From: Eledone cirrhosa
Lineage: Eukaryota
DNA length: 64,000 nt
Assembly: GCA_964016885.1 (NCBI GenBank)
Contig: OZ024743.1
Coordinates: 219,542,001-219,606,000 of the forward strand
Direction of reading: 5' to 3'
A model generated the notes under the pieces. That model made no database searches and had not been told where the DNA came from. It saw only the letters and a list, made by a program, of their open reading frames with translations. Of the stretch, positions 43,189-57,368 are shown piece after piece (the first letter of the stretch is position 1; every line of letters starts with the position of its first letter). The position numbers and the translations under genes were made by a program.

Positions 43189-44639
43189 ATGTATGTATGT
43201 ATGCATGTATGTATGTATGTATGTATGTATGTATGTATGTATGTATGTATGTATGTATGTATGTATGTATGTATGTATGTATGTATGTATGTATATGTGT
43301 GTGTGTGTGTCTACGTACGTATGTATGTATGTATGTATGTATGTATGTATGTATGTATGTATGTATGTATGTATGTATGTATGTATGTATGTATGCATGC
43401 ATGCATGCATGCATGTATGTATGTATGTATGTATGTATGTATGTATGTATGTATGTATGTATGTATGTATGTATGCATGCATGTATGTATGTATGTATGT
43501 ATGTATGTATGTATGTATATGTGTGTGTGTGTGTCTACGTACGTACGTATGTATGTATGTATGTATGTATGTATGTATGTATGTATGTATGTATGTATGT
43601 ATGTATGCATGCATGCATGTATGTATGTATGTATGTATGCATGTATGTATGTTTGAGGGTTGACTGTAAAGTTCATAGGTTGACCAAGATACTCTCATGA
43701 AATGACCAAATGAGGTATATTTTTGAATATAGTCCTTGGAAAGAAACAATGAGAAGACTTGAAACAATAAGAAGTGTTGAAATTAATACATGCAATATTT
43801 CACTGCTCTAGCATTACTCCTTCATAGTCAGCTTATGAACTTTTCAGCCGACTCTCGTGTGTAAGTATGTGTGTGTTTGTCCGTGACTGTTTACGTTTAC
43901 TGTTTGTTTATGTGCTGTAACATAGCGGCTTAACAAAAATAGATTAATAAAATAAGTACCTGATTTAAAATAAAAAAAGAAATAAGTAGTGTAGTGAATA
44001 AGGATAAGGATAAAGATCCCATAACTCCTTGTGGAGTCATAGAGGCACCGTCATATTGTGTGTCTAGGGCACTTTTAAACCCGGCGGAGCCCAACCTTCT
44101 CCAGGTCTGAACACAACCGATTTTTTCTGCGTAGGAAGAATGGCCACCAGTATCGACCTCAAAAGGATGAAAGGCAAAGTTGACCACGGCGAGATTTGAA
44201 CTCAGAGTGCGCAATGAGGTGGGACGAATACCGTAAAGCATTCTATCTGACGTCTTAACGACTCTCCCAATTCACCGTGTAGTGAATATGTTTAACTAAA
44301 TCCCTTGAAGGTGCTCCAACATGGCCGCAGGCGAATGGCCGAAAGTAAAAGACTTCCGATATGCGTAAGGATGTGTGTGTTGCTTTTCGACCTCCAGTGG
44401 TTTCGGCGATGAATATTTCAGTGCAAGTACCTGAGCATTCCCCAGACACGTGTACTTTTAATGTAATTCTCAGGGAGATTCAGTTTGACACAGTGTGTGG
44501 CAAGGCTGGATCTTTGAATCACAGATACAACTTAGAGCAATGAGACAACGAACCGCCGGGATGAACCATTCCGCAAACGCCTAATTGTTAGGGAGATTCA
44601 GCTTGACATAGAGGGCGACAAGGATGGCTCTTTGAATCA

Positions 44640-44783
44640 CCAATACAACTCATCTTTTCCCCAGCTAAGTCAACTGGAGCAACGCGTGAAATAGTGTCTT
44701 GCTCAAGGACACAGCGCATCGCTGGGAATCGAACTGAAGTCCACACGATCGTTAGCCGAACACTCTAACCACTAAGCTACACG
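44640..44783 (-). mobile_element. tRNA-derived SINE, second family
   Basis: A box tagcttagtggtt, B box agttcgattcc, then tgtgtccttgagcaagacact. Confidence 0.75.
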
Positions 44784-45459
44784 CAAGTATCTGGTTAGTG
44801 GTTAGATGGCCTAAGTATTGCTGGCTGTGAAATATGAAGAGGTGCCGTCAAACCACATAGACAGTTGACTTTAGGATTCTTTTCTGACTCAATCTAATTT
44901 GCTGTTGCTCTTTAACATTCTTAAGACGATTCTCCTTCCTCTTCAGATGTCAGACATTTTAACGGCTTTTCGTTGTGGGAAGGGAGAGGACTAAGAGATG
45001 GCGGTGGGGAAGTGGACGGGAGAAGAAAAAAACAACAGAAGGAGAAAATAAAGAAGAAAAAGAAGAGATGATGAAGATGAAGAAAACGAAGAGAAAGAAG
45101 AAAAATAAAAAAGATGAAGAAAAATGAAGAAGTTTATGGAGCAAAAATAAAAATAAAGACGAAAAATATAAAGAAGGAAAAGGAGAAAAAGAAAACAATG
45201 AAGTGTGTGTGTGTGTGGGGGGGTGGGGGGGGGGGAAGCGAACGTGATGAAGGGATAAGGGGGTGGGGATGTAGAAAATGATGATGATATAGAGGGATGA
45301 GAATGGGAATGAAAAAGAGGAGGAGAGAGGACAAAAAAATGGAGGGAAGGAGTGAGAGAAGGTATTAAAGAGGAGGCGAAGAAATTCGGAGACAAAAGGA
45401 AAGAAGTCATGCAATTGCACAGACGATAATAGTTAGTGGCTCTCGTCTAATGTTCAGAT

Positions 45460-45497
<38 letters not shown>

Positions 45498-45698
45498 ACA
45501 CGTGTGTGTGTGTATATATCTATGCATATATATATAACACACGCACGCACACACACATACATATATATAGGTCTCTCCCTCTCTTTCTCTCTCTCTCTCT
45601 CTCTTTATATATATATATGCATATATGTGTACATGCATCTGTCTATGTATATACCTGTATATATATATATAAGTATATATATATGTGTCTGTATATAT

Positions 45699-45836
<138 letters not shown>

Positions 45837-45958
45837 CGAAGGAATTGTGGTATTTAGTTATGTAATAGCCAACATAAGATAATTATTTCATTTACCAGTG
45901 GTTTCTTGAAAGCGGATGTTGTATCTGTTTTCAGTCGTCAGAATGAAAAAAAAATATG

Positions 45959-46091
<133 letters not shown>

Positions 46092-46454
46092 TATAAATAT
46101 ATAAATGTATATATATATATATATATAGATATTAAATTCATAGCGATATATGTATATATCTAGACATATATTTAGACATAATCATAGATACATATATGAG
46201 TGTGGCTACCTTTCACGGTGTGGCTCAATGAAAAATTTAATTAAGCAAATAATTATTAATCAGAGCTATATATAAAATTGCAAGTTTGAAGAATGATTAG
46301 ATAAAATATACCCAGTCTTTCCTCTCCCTAGTCCGTAGAAATCAACCAGATAAATAATCATTTAAACGAGGTTATAAGTTTAAAATGTAACTATGAAGAA
46401 ATAATAGACACATGATACAGATTATCTTCCGCGAGGAACAGTCAGATAAAAGGC

Positions 46455-46689
46455 CCATTTGTTATGTCTTCGTTATGTTTATTGAGTAGTGACGCGCTTT
46501 TCGCTATTGATCAGCTCAAGGTTCGATCTGTATCGATCTAACCCGGGCTAGATCGATTCAGATCGAACCTTGAGCTGACAAATAGCGAAACACGCCTCAC
46601 TACTCAATAAACGTAATGAAGACATAATAAATCTTTCTTTTATTATTATAATTACACTCTGCTTAGTTCTACACCTCTTTACCGATGGA

Positions 46690-46693
<4 letters not shown>
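46455..46693. mobile_element. Fold-back PLE-end element
   Basis: Imperfect ~80-bp arms centred at about 46543; gcta...tagc-GAAA-gcgc-GTC hammerhead 3' half; partial tail running into (TA)n. Confidence 0.65.
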
Positions 46694-46726
<33 letters not shown>

Positions 46727-46929
46727 AATTTTAGCACAGCATCAACGAAGCTTTTGGTTGCAGCCAAGCTAACGAATGCAGTTTCGGTGTGCAGCTAAGC
46801 ACTCAATAGGGAATAATCCCTAGAGTTATAACATTACGTTTAGACAGCTTTGCAAATCAAATACAGCGACCGATAGACGGGCCGCAATGACCATAGCGAC
46901 GAAGAAAAGAAAACCGAACTCAGGAAAAA

Positions 46930-46960
<31 letters not shown>

Positions 46961-46977
46961 TTCGTATGTATGAATGT

Positions 46978-47271
46978 ATGTATGTATGTAGTAAGGGGTG
47001 CACTAGCAGCCGAAGAGTATGATAAAATTATATCTGTATAAATATAGAGTGAGTAACCGAGACTGCACCAACGTATATAAATCAGATCCGAAAATGGATT
47101 AAAGATGCTTATAATATTTTTCAATTTGCTGAGAAATTCGTATTTTCTGGCATGTTTACATGCCTACATATTAGATATGTGTATATATTTATACACGTTG
47201 GTGCAGTCTCGGTTACACATTGTATTTATAGATACATACATACACACATATATATACACACAAACAGACAT

Positions 47272-47346
<75 letters not shown>

Positions 47347-47359
47347 CATATATATACAG

Positions 47360-47426
<67 letters not shown>

Positions 47427-47452
47427 TGTATATATATATATATTTATATGTC

Positions 47453-47487
<35 letters not shown>

Positions 47488-47516
47488 GTCTGTATATATA
47501 TATATATTTATATGTC

Positions 47517-47563
<47 letters not shown>

Positions 47564-47815
47564 CTATAAATACAGTGTAACCGAGACTGCACCAACGTGT
47601 ATAAATATATACACATATCTAATATGTAGGCATGTAAACATGCCAGAAAATACGAATTTCTCAGCAAATTGAAAAATATTATAAGCATCTTTAATCCATT
47701 TTCGGATCTGATTTATATACGTTGGTGCAGTCTCGGTTACTCACTCTATATTTATACAGATATAATTTTATCATACTCTTCGGCTGCTAGTGCACCCCTT
47801 ACTACATACATACAT
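46978..47815. repeat. ~260-bp inverted duplication around a microsatellite spacer, each arm itself a fold-back unit
   Basis: 46978-47240 is the near-exact reverse complement of 47557-47815. Each arm contains the internal inverted repeat gtaaccgagactgcaccaacgt. Confidence 0.9.
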
Positions 47816-47847
47816 TAACAAGACTCACCTTTTAGCCCTAATATGAA

Positions 47848-47907
<60 letters not shown>

Positions 47908-47968
47908 TTCATATTAATTCTAAAAGGTGAGTCTTGTTAATCTGAAGTTTCGTCTGTTTATCACAGGT

Positions 47969-48018
47969 TCTTGCCTGATGACCCTATTATAAACAGGCGA
48001 AACTCCGGAGTAGCAAGA
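47969..48018 (+). ncRNA. Canonical type I hammerhead ribozyme (in fold-back element 47905-48087)
   Basis: tcttgc-CTGATGA-ccct..agg.c-GAAAC-tccgga-GTA-gcaaga, with a perfect 6-bp stem I and palindromic stem III. Confidence 0.85.
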
Positions 48019-48109
48019 CACTTTTTAACCTTAATATAAATGAATATTAAAATTCTACTTCGGTCTCAGCCGTCAACCACATGCGGATATATATATATAT
48101 ATACACACA

Positions 48110-48440
48110 CAGTGTACCCACGTCATTCGCGGTCCAAGTTATTCGCGGAATTTTCCTTAGAACCTAACTGATAGTTGTTCGTGGCAACCACCGCATAATT
48201 CGCGGAATTGTAAATATCATCCGCGATTTGTTATATATATATTTTCAACGCTAAATTATTGATAACAACATCCCGTATTTGCCGGTCTATTGGGCGCCTC
48301 TTCGCATAAGACTATATTTTAAGATTATATATTTACGTTACATTTTGACGTTTATAGGCATTTTTATGGACCACGTCGAATATTCGCGGTTTTTCATTTT
48401 TTTCAGGAACGTTAACCCATCGAATACGAGGGGGCAATTG
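48110..48440. mobile_element. Tigger/pogo-like MITE
   Basis: Imperfect TIRs cagtgtacccacgtcattcgc / cgaatacgagggggcaattg; homologous to 31492-31821. Confidence 0.7.
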
Positions 48441-48474
<34 letters not shown>

Positions 48475-48664
48475 TATATATTATATACACGCACATAGGT
48501 AGATATTCACACACACACATAAATATATGACTTTTGCCTCCTCGTTGATGTGACATCTAGCAGCTAACCCTCTCGTCCACACGCGGCTCTAATTTCACGA
48601 GAGCCCCTTCCGACAATTGAGAAACCCATATCACCACCACCCTTATTTCCTTCTGGCCACCCCC

Positions 48665-48708
<44 letters not shown>

Positions 48709-49224
48709 CTCATGCCTTTGACGGGGACCACCTGCTAGCGATACCCTGGCACTTCTTAAGCCCTCTCTCTCTCTCTCTTTCCCACTATCATTTTCTCTTC
48801 CCCCTCTCTCTCTCTTTCATTCAATGCTCTCCCTTTCTCTCCGTCTTTCACCCTCATATTCTTCTCATTCTTTTCAGCTAAGCTACGTACGTACCAACGT
48901 CTTAATCCGGTGACATCACAATGGCTAGCAATCTGAAAGAAGGAGAACCGTGTGTGCGTGTGTGTGTTGTGTGTGTGTGCGTGTGTGTTGTGTGTGTGCG
49001 TGCGTGTGTGTGTGTGTTGTGTGTTGTGTGTGCGTGCATCTATCTATTTATTATATATATATACAGACACACAAACACCCCGAAGCACACATACACATAC
49101 AAACACATAGTATTCAGTTAGCTATCGTTTAGCAATTATCGCTTAATGGGAGGCCGTCATCGCTGCTGATACTGTCATCCTAGCGTAAAAAGCTCCTCCC
49201 TCTTTTCTTTCTTGTCATCAACCT

Positions 49225-49587
49225 TTCACCACCACCACCATTATCACTTACGATCAACACCACTGCCATCACCACCACCACCACCACCACCACCACCACC
49301 ACCACCACCACCACCATTATCACTTACGATCAACACCACTGCCACCACCACCACCACCACCACCACCACCACCACCACCACCACCAACAACAACACCCCA
49401 ATAACAACGTCATCAAACTAACCACTGCCAACCTCCACTTAACTCCATTCAACTCTTCGTCGCCATTGAATACAATATATCACCACCACCACCACCACCA
49501 CCACCGCACAAGTATGTGTGCAAGAGTTAGTCTTCTGCAAATAAACGCTAAAACAGCAGCAGCAACAGTAGTAGTAGTAGTAGTAGT

Positions 49588-49649
<62 letters not shown>

Positions 49650-49765
49650 CAGTAGTAGTAGTAGTAGCAGTAGTAGTAGTAGCAGGAGCAGCTCCTTATG
49701 AATTGAAAAAGTGTACAGGAAGGAGAAGGTAGCAGAGAGAGAAAGAAAGAGAGAGAGAGAGAGAG

Positions 49766-49796
<31 letters not shown>

Positions 49797-49825
49797 GAGG
49801 GAGAGAGAGAGAGAGAGTTGTTGTT
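49225..49825. repeat. (CCA)n, (GCA/GTA)n and (GA/GATA)n simple repeats
   Basis: Seen directly. Confidence 0.9.
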
Positions 49826-50131
49826 GTTTAGCTCCAGCCATGGCCATCCTGTCCTATATATATATAATGTTGTTTTTAATGAATGCATATATGTTTATAT
49901 ATATATAGGACCACATTGTTCAATGTGTTCTGCTTCATCTTTGTAGAACGCAGAGTATGATTTGTGAAAGACCTGGCTGCTATTTCTAGTAGGTCGAGAT
50001 ACAACCACGTATGGGCTCCCTCGTTAGAATAGCTGATGAGACGGTGGGAGGTGTCTGAAGAGGTGTGAGAGGAGAAGGAGGAGTTTCCTTTGTTACTTAA
50101 CTGCTTTGCTACTTGATTGCTGACAAATAAT

Positions 50132-50316
50132 TGTTTCTACTTTTGGCACAAGGCCAGCAATTATTTCAGTGCATTACTGGTACTTTATTTTATCGACCCC
50201 GTAAGGATGAAAGGCAAAGTTAGCCTCGGCGGGATTTGAACTCAGAATGGCAAGGGCCGTAACTCTATGCGTCAAAGCATGGCGTCCGACTCTCTACCGA
50301 TACTGCCAATCCACCG
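50132..50316 (-). mobile_element. tRNA-derived SINE with 8-bp TSD
   Basis: Same family as 24691; caaataat at 50124-50131 and 50317-50324. Confidence 0.85.
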
Positions 50317-50539
50317 CAAATAATGATAGTTGATACCAGTTGTTCTAAGGGTCTTCCGTTGGCGGCGACGATGGTGGTGGTGATGACAGCAACTGCAATG
50401 AGAGAGGGAGAGAGGGATGAACGGAGTTGGTGGCTGACACACGTTTTTCTAATTTTCTACTTTTTTTTATTCTTTGAAAGCGAGCGAGTGGTGGATCTGT
50501 TGGTTCTGGGGAGTTGTTGAGAAATACCTTTGGCTCATG

Positions 50540-50690
50540 TCGGATCATATTAGATAGCAAAAGGTCGTAATCGGGTCGCAACGGATCACTTCGGATGGTA
50601 AAAGGTCGAAATCGAGTCGCATCGGATCACATTAGATAGCAAAAGGTCGTAATCGGGTCACCTCGGATCACATCGGATGGCATCGGATGA
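50540..50690. repeat. ~41-bp minisatellite (tcggatcacattagatagcaaaaggtcgtaatcgggtcgca)
   Basis: About 3.5 copies. Confidence 0.8.
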
Positions 50691-51163
50691 ATTCAGTAGA
50701 AAGGAGAGGATGAAAAAAAGTGAGATATGGAGGTTGGATAAGAGAGAGAAAGAAAGAAAATAACCCAAACAAATAAGAACACTTGCAATGAATTAAATAA
50801 ATGAATAAATACACAGATAAAACATTGAATAAATAATTCAATAAGTGGATACAAACCCGCTTGAAACTGCCCCTAGTTCTATGTTATAAATCTGTTTATT
50901 TTAAAGTGTTTATATTTATCTAAAAACCTTGTAATAAATGTCGTTGTATAAATATTTATATTTTTCATGTCACACAAACAGTTAATTGATAGTTTTTAAC
51001 TCATTATGTTACAATCTCCCGTTTCTCTCGAGTCTTGTAACTCTGGAGTTTCGCCTGTTTAACACATCTTCTCCAGAGTAACAAAACTCAATTTTTAGCC
51101 TTAATAATAATAAATATCTAAAATCTAATTCGGTGTTTCGTACTCCTTTCTTTCAGCCGTCAA

Positions 51164-51230
<67 letters not shown>

Positions 51231-51357
51231 AATTTTAGTACAGCATTAATGAAGCTTTAGGGAAAAGTACCCCAGAGTAATAACAATACGTTTAGACAGC
51301 TTAGCAAATCAAATATATCGATCGGCAGAGCAACGAAAATACAGGACTCAGGAAAAG

Positions 51358-51447
<90 letters not shown>

Positions 51448-51741
51448 GACTAAGACTTTTTATGATAAAATGAAATGATGTGCTTACACACATGAAATAG
51501 AACAGAAAAAAATACGATAGAACCGTCCGCAGGAATTGAACTTTACATCTGTTGTATTTTACATAACTGCATAGCACACTAAGATCAACTGATAATTTTT
51601 CAGCCTAAAATTTAGCGTATGTAAATGCCTTTCTTGGTTAAACCGCAATTGTTGTCCGTCCTGTGATATGACAAGATAAACAGCGGAACAGAGAGCACAC
51701 ATTTAACCAGTGGACGGAGCAACCGCATCACAATAAATATA

Positions 51742-51909
51742 TGCCGGGGTGCTGAAAAGTTCCTGGGTTAAGGGTAGAGCTCTAATTTTACAGGGAAGGT
51801 AGGACCGCTGCAATACATGTCTGAATCTGAGCGGGGAATATGTTGAATAAAATTATAACTGATCCTCCTATATTTTCTTTTACGCAGAGCCAGGAATTAT
51901 TCAGTACCC

Positions 51910-51914
<5 letters not shown>
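51742..51914. mobile_element. Mariner-type MITE
   Basis: TIRs tgccggggtgctgaaaagttcctgg / ccaggaattattcagtaccccggca with TA on both sides. Confidence 0.8.
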
Positions 51915-51976
<62 letters not shown>

Positions 51977-51977
<1 letters not shown>

Positions 51978-52182
51978 CAAATAAGGTGTTGTAAGATAGA
52001 TACCAGGTGGACCATAACGCATTAGAGTACTCGAAACTTAGGGTAGTAGAGTGGGTAATATGAAAAGAGTCAGGACTCTGACGGCTGAGCTCAGGCCGTT
52101 TCGACAGCTAGATCCGAACTGAGTTTGGATCTAGCTGTCGAAACAGCCGGAGCTCAGCCGTCGGCGTCCTGACTCTTTTCAT
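51977..52182. mobile_element. Near-perfect hairpin PLE-end element
   Basis: ~60-bp arms spanning 52060-52182; GAAAC..gagctc..GTC hammerhead 3' half; minus-strand tail ACTC..GAGTACT (52026-52052). Partial sibling at 54652-54719. Confidence 0.75.
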
Positions 52183-52191
52183 ATATATATT

Positions 52192-52247
<56 letters not shown>

Positions 52248-52548
52248 ATATATATATATTTAGGATGCTTCCTTAGATATTTGCCTCTGCACTATTGTTG
52301 ATACAGATAATCTGTGTCACCATTTTCCTCTATTTCCAAATATACTAGATCTAACAAGATCTTCGCCGATGAGAACTAACAAAATCAGAATATGTCCATT
52401 CATAACTGCATTAAAACACTATTGAAACTTCCCATGAGATGCAACCTTGTAAGAGCCCAGACAAAGTAACAACTGGGTCGATATGATCTATAAGGTGGTG
52501 TCCCAGCAATAGTAAAAGAATAAAAGATTAAATGTATATATATATATA

Positions 52549-53191
52549 TATAAATTAATATGTAAGTGATGAAACACAGATACCAACACATCTGTATATA
52601 TATTGCAAAAGAAAAATTTAGCCAGATTGAAGTATACTAATTATTATACTACAGTTTGCCCATATCGATTTAAAATAATAAATCAACGGAGACGAACTGT
52701 ATTGCCAAAAGGCCGTGATGTTTAGACACATTTAAATTTCAAAATCAAACCTGTTCCGTAGATAAGTTTAGACTTTAAGATCCAAATATGTTTCGAGTTA
52801 AAAAAGTGTAGGAATATCATGTCCCGCTCTCCTCAGTAAACACCCAGAGACAAATTGATATGCTTCACTTCTAAATAATTTAAAAGACTGCGTGGCGCAC
52901 ATGGCTTTACAGTATCTAACTAGTCTCATAACCGTACTGCTAGAAATAACAGTCGTATATATGGGACGGTTTGCAGCTCAAACTAGGAGCAGTTAACATT
53001 AATAAGGTATGGACAAACTGTAGTATAATAATTAGTATACTTCAATCTGGCTAAATTTTTCTTTTGCAATATATATACAGATGTGTTGGTATCTGTGTTT
53101 CATCACTTACATATTAATTTATACACTGCTCAGGGGATATTTTTTCCTCATTCGAGCTGATTCCATTGTAAAAGAATTCATTACCTTATTA
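52549..53191. mobile_element. Fold-back PLE-end element with a hammerhead-like motif in the spacer (52774-52840, -)
   Basis: ~115-bp arms 52549-52665 and 53007-53123; CTGAGGA-gag...ctc-GAAAC; tail GCTC..GAGC at 53128-53157; TA on both sides. Confidence 0.7.
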
Positions 53192-53209
53192 ATATATATA
53201 TATATATAC

Positions 53210-53240
<31 letters not shown>

Positions 53241-53313
53241 TGTATGTATGTATGTATGTATGTATGTATGTATGTATGTATGTATGTATGTATGTATGTA
53301 TGTATGTATGTAT

Positions 53314-53920
53314 GTCAGGTCACCAGTTGGTGCTACTGGTAACATGTATCCCAGTACAACCTATCTCATGGTCGGGTCGTTGGCGACTAAACTGGCAACC
53401 CCACCAAGGTTTCTTGGTGAGGAGGGTGACTTTGGACATCCTGCAGGACTAAAAACAAAACCTGTCAAAGGGCAATGGAGCTCTTAAGAGTCAATGGCCA
53501 TCCAAAATCACCGAGAGAGATGACCCCTTAGCCTTTGTCAAGGCAGAATTTTAGAGAAGGAAAACTCTGATATAACACCTGCAACCCTAATGGTATCCAA
53601 TGATGTTGACTTGTTCTTCTTTTTGGTAAATATCATCTTGGTTAAGAGAGTGGGACTGGCTTTGTGTAGTGCCTTTGCTCACTATAAAAGCTTCACGGCA
53701 CAGGCATTGTTTTATATCTGGAGATCTCTCTGCACTTGTCGTCACATGGTACCATGGGCCCAGCACTATGTGTCAATAATTGTCATAAGTGTAGTGTTTG
53801 TACCAGAGTTTTCAAGTCGCTGGCTGGACTTAAAAGTCACACTCGTTCAGCGCATGGGTAGGGGTTCTCCTACATGGATATAAAGTAGTGGCCGTACTCG
53901 AAAACGAGTTGGCAGCCACC
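53314..53920 (+). mobile_element. Bipartite RTE-derived non-autonomous retroelement, full length (~607 bp), in (ATGT)n
   Basis: Three copies in the window. Has an RTE 5'UTR-like gaaggaaaactctga and a 3' part encoding CSVCTRVFKSLAGLKSHTRSAH*, the C2H2 finger typical of RTE ORF ends. No RT. Confidence 0.75.
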
Positions 53921-53967
53921 ATGTATGTATGTATGTATGTATGTATGTATGTATGTATGTATGTATG

Positions 53968-53999
<32 letters not shown>

Positions 54000-54081
54000 A
54001 GGTAAACAGAAATAACAACACAATCGGTACAGTATATGGAAGGAATATATTAAGTTAAGGCTTGAAATAGCAGGAAGAGGA

Positions 54082-54117
54082 TCCTAACGTTTCGGACGAT
54101 AGTCCTTCATCAGAAGA
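54082..54117 (-). ncRNA. Minimal PLE-type hammerhead
   Basis: tctt-CTGATGA-a-ggac-tatc-gtcc-GAAAC-GTT-agga with palindromic aacgtt. Confidence 0.65.
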
Positions 54118-54577
54118 AAGAATGAGAAATAAGATAGATGGGAGGGACGGGTGGGGTGGAATTGGAAAAAATGTCTTTAGATAAAAATAACAGGTCCATT
54201 CATGTTGACATCGCTTATATATATATTGAGATAAAATTTGGTCGTTTTGACTACTGCTATTTATAGTGGTAGTAGATTGACCTCCCTGCCTCTGCCTTCT
54301 ATCTTTGCACACGGCACTGGACAGAATTGCTTCCACATCATTCATTCTCATCTCGGGAACAATTTTGAATAGCGCCAGTTCGTAATTCGAACTCGGGAAT
54401 TTTATATTCTCCGAGTGAAAAGAACCTTCTGACGAGAGTTTATCTTCTAAATGGAGGCCCGCAAGGACTGTCCATTTATTGTTGAGACTCGAAACCGTTT
54501 CGGTAAAGGTAACCATAGTAAGTACAGTGAATTTTTTGAAATTTATTTTGAAACTTTTTCTTATTTGCTAAACCTTG

Positions 54578-54645
<68 letters not shown>

Positions 54646-54715
54646 TATTATAAAGAGAGTCGGGACCCCGACGGCTGAGCTCTTGTCGTTTCAATAGCTG
54701 GTTCAAGACTAGATG

Positions 54716-54772
<57 letters not shown>

Positions 54773-54773
<1 letters not shown>

Positions 54774-54966
54774 GTTATTCCGGGTTGAATCGGAGGTAAC
54801 CACAGTAAGTAAGGTACTCAATACATAGCAGAGTATAATAGTTTTAATATAGATGAGATTCTACAGGACTAGAACTGTTTCATTCATTAGAAATCATCAG
54901 GAATCCTGATGATTTCTAATGAATGAAACAGTTCTAGTCCTGTAGAATCTCATCTATATTAAAACT
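54773..54966 (-). mobile_element. Perfect hairpin PLE-end element in (TA)n; sibling of 29418-29611
   Basis: Arms 54840-54901 and 54905-54966; same tail as 29545-29611. Confidence 0.85.
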
Positions 54967-54986
54967 ATATATATATATATATATAA

Positions 54987-55068
54987 TGTAGGAGGTGAGT
55001 TTTATTGTAGTACAATAAAGCAATGCAAATATCGGATAAGTAGCACTCCAGAGTTTATTGGACTGGAG
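54987..55068 (-). mobile_element. Solo PLE tail (same family as 2182-2270 and 58570-58660) between TA runs
   Basis: tgtaggaggtgagttttattgtag...agcactcc...ggagta. Confidence 0.8.
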
Positions 55069-56539
55069 TATATATATATATATATACACAAGAAGGCAAC
55101 ATTGATTTATCTGGAATAACCCGATCAACACCCAATGATAGACGTAATAAATTCATTGTTTCAGACCGACAATTTATTATACAAGGTTGAAGGGGTTGTG
55201 ATCAGGGTACAAAGATAACAATGCCTGCCTATATTGTGTATTTTCATCTTTTTGTTTTATCATTTAGTCAGTCTCCATGCAGGTTTGGATTTAGACCTTG
55301 GCGTCCCGACGCACTTTAGGTTTGGGGGAGGCCCCTCATATACAAAATAATAGAATACATAGCAAATCCCCCAATTTTACATATCAAAGTAGGCTTGGCG
55401 AAGTAATTGGAATTGAAAAGTTATACATACAGGTATTAAATAAAAAAAATTCTAACCATCCTAAAACTAAAAAAGCCCATCTGAGGACACAAATAAATTG
55501 CTACCGCCGACGCTGGTGCCCCACCCCCTCACTGCAAGAGGGGGTGGGGCACCCTTATCCCCCATTAAATCTGGCCCTCTCTCCATGACCATTTTTAGAA
55601 CCGAGACAGAAAAGAGCCTTTAAACCCGACCGAAGACCTGAGTTGAATGTTCACAGTAGTAGGTTCTGCTAAAAACTCGCAATTACCGGGTAGTAATATA
55701 AATAGTACTACAGGATAGTAATATAAATATTACTACATGATAGTTATATAAATATCACTACCGGATAAGGCAAATATTGAACGGATATTTTTTTTTTATT
55801 TTTGAAGATTGTTCACTGCAAATATCTGCACTTAAATATAAATGTAGTTTTCTATTTTTTTATCGTTATTTCATAATCATTCTCAACACACTCAAGCAAC
55901 ATTAACATACGCATGGTTTGGCTACAAAGTAAGAATTCACTTATAGTCAATTGTTACGGCTATTAAGAGTTAAATACGAGTAAATAAAACTAAATAACAA
56001 CTAAACCGTTTCATTACTATATTTAAAATGAGAGAAACTGTGTATGATATTCAAATCATTGGGAAAATCATCAAGAATTTGGAGGAAATTCAGTAAACTA
56101 ATTAACATTCTTATAAAATTTGTATTTGGAGCCATAAGGCAAGGTAGGTGGTTGTGTAGTTTTGTATCATAGAACCAGGTGCGGCTCAAGGCGGTGTTGT
56201 AGTTGACTGGTACTTTAATCCATCCAGACTTAGAAAGATGAAAGGCAAACATTCGAGATTTAAGTAAAATTCGAACTCAGAAACATAAAGAACTGTTATA
56301 AATTATCGCAGGTCATTTCGTGCGACGCTCGAATGATTCTTGCACGCGCGTGTGTATTGAAACTGCATCGTTTCTGACGATGACTGCTTCAGTTGTCTGA
56401 AACACGTGGAACAGCTCGTGAAATTAACGTTTGGGAGGGTCATGTTGCCAATAAGAAACATACGCACCAGTTGCTTTCACTCCAATTTATTATAAATTAA
56501 ATATATATATATATATTTGTATATATATATATATATATT

Positions 56540-56632
<93 letters not shown>

Positions 56633-56637
<5 letters not shown>

Positions 56638-57368
56638 TAAACAAGAGATGAACACTAATATAAACATGCATGTGTTCGAATCATAAGGACCAAATTTGCT
56701 AGGGTGAAAAAATACTAACTACACCAATATTAAATTAAGAAAAATAAAGAAAAATAACAGACCTATATTGGGCAAAACGCCTGGTAACAACTAGACAGTA
56801 TTGGAGACTGTTTCGCAACATCTTATTAAGTGAAGTTCTCACGTTTCTCTGCTCCATCATGTAGAGCTAATTTTTAATGTCCTGTCAGCCAGGCTGCTAT
56901 TTTTAGCGGCAGGTAATTTCGAGACAAGCTGGGTTCCGAATGACACGTGCGATAATTCATATCGCACACAATTCATTCTCTAATATGAAAGGATCAATAA
57001 TTTCTCAACAAGTGAGGGATCAATAATTTCTCAACAACTACTGAGGAGCAGAGAAACGTGAGACTTCACTTAATAAGATGTTGCGAAACAGTCTCCAATA
57101 CTGTCTAGTTGTTACCAGGCGTTTTGCCCAATATAGGTCTGTTATTTTTCTTAATTTTCCTTAATTTAATATTTAAAGTTAAGGATATCAAACCATATTG
57201 CTGTAGTTAGTATTTTTTCACCCTAGCAAATTTGGTCCTTATGATTCGAACACATGTATGTTTATATTAGTGTTCATATCTCTTGTTTATACAATTATAT
57301 TGTACGGCTCGGAAAAGCTTTTTTCTTAGAGCTATTTAATTGTAAGAGACTACTCTGAGTTCTTAACT

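Noticed and set aside
44720-44783. tRNA gene candidates (A/B boxes)
   Set aside because: No full cloverleaf; they are heads of multi-copy SINEs.
54055-54516. 153-aa minus-strand ORF upstream of a minimal hammerhead
   Set aside because: It may be a decayed GIY-YIG end, but no convincing motif can be read.
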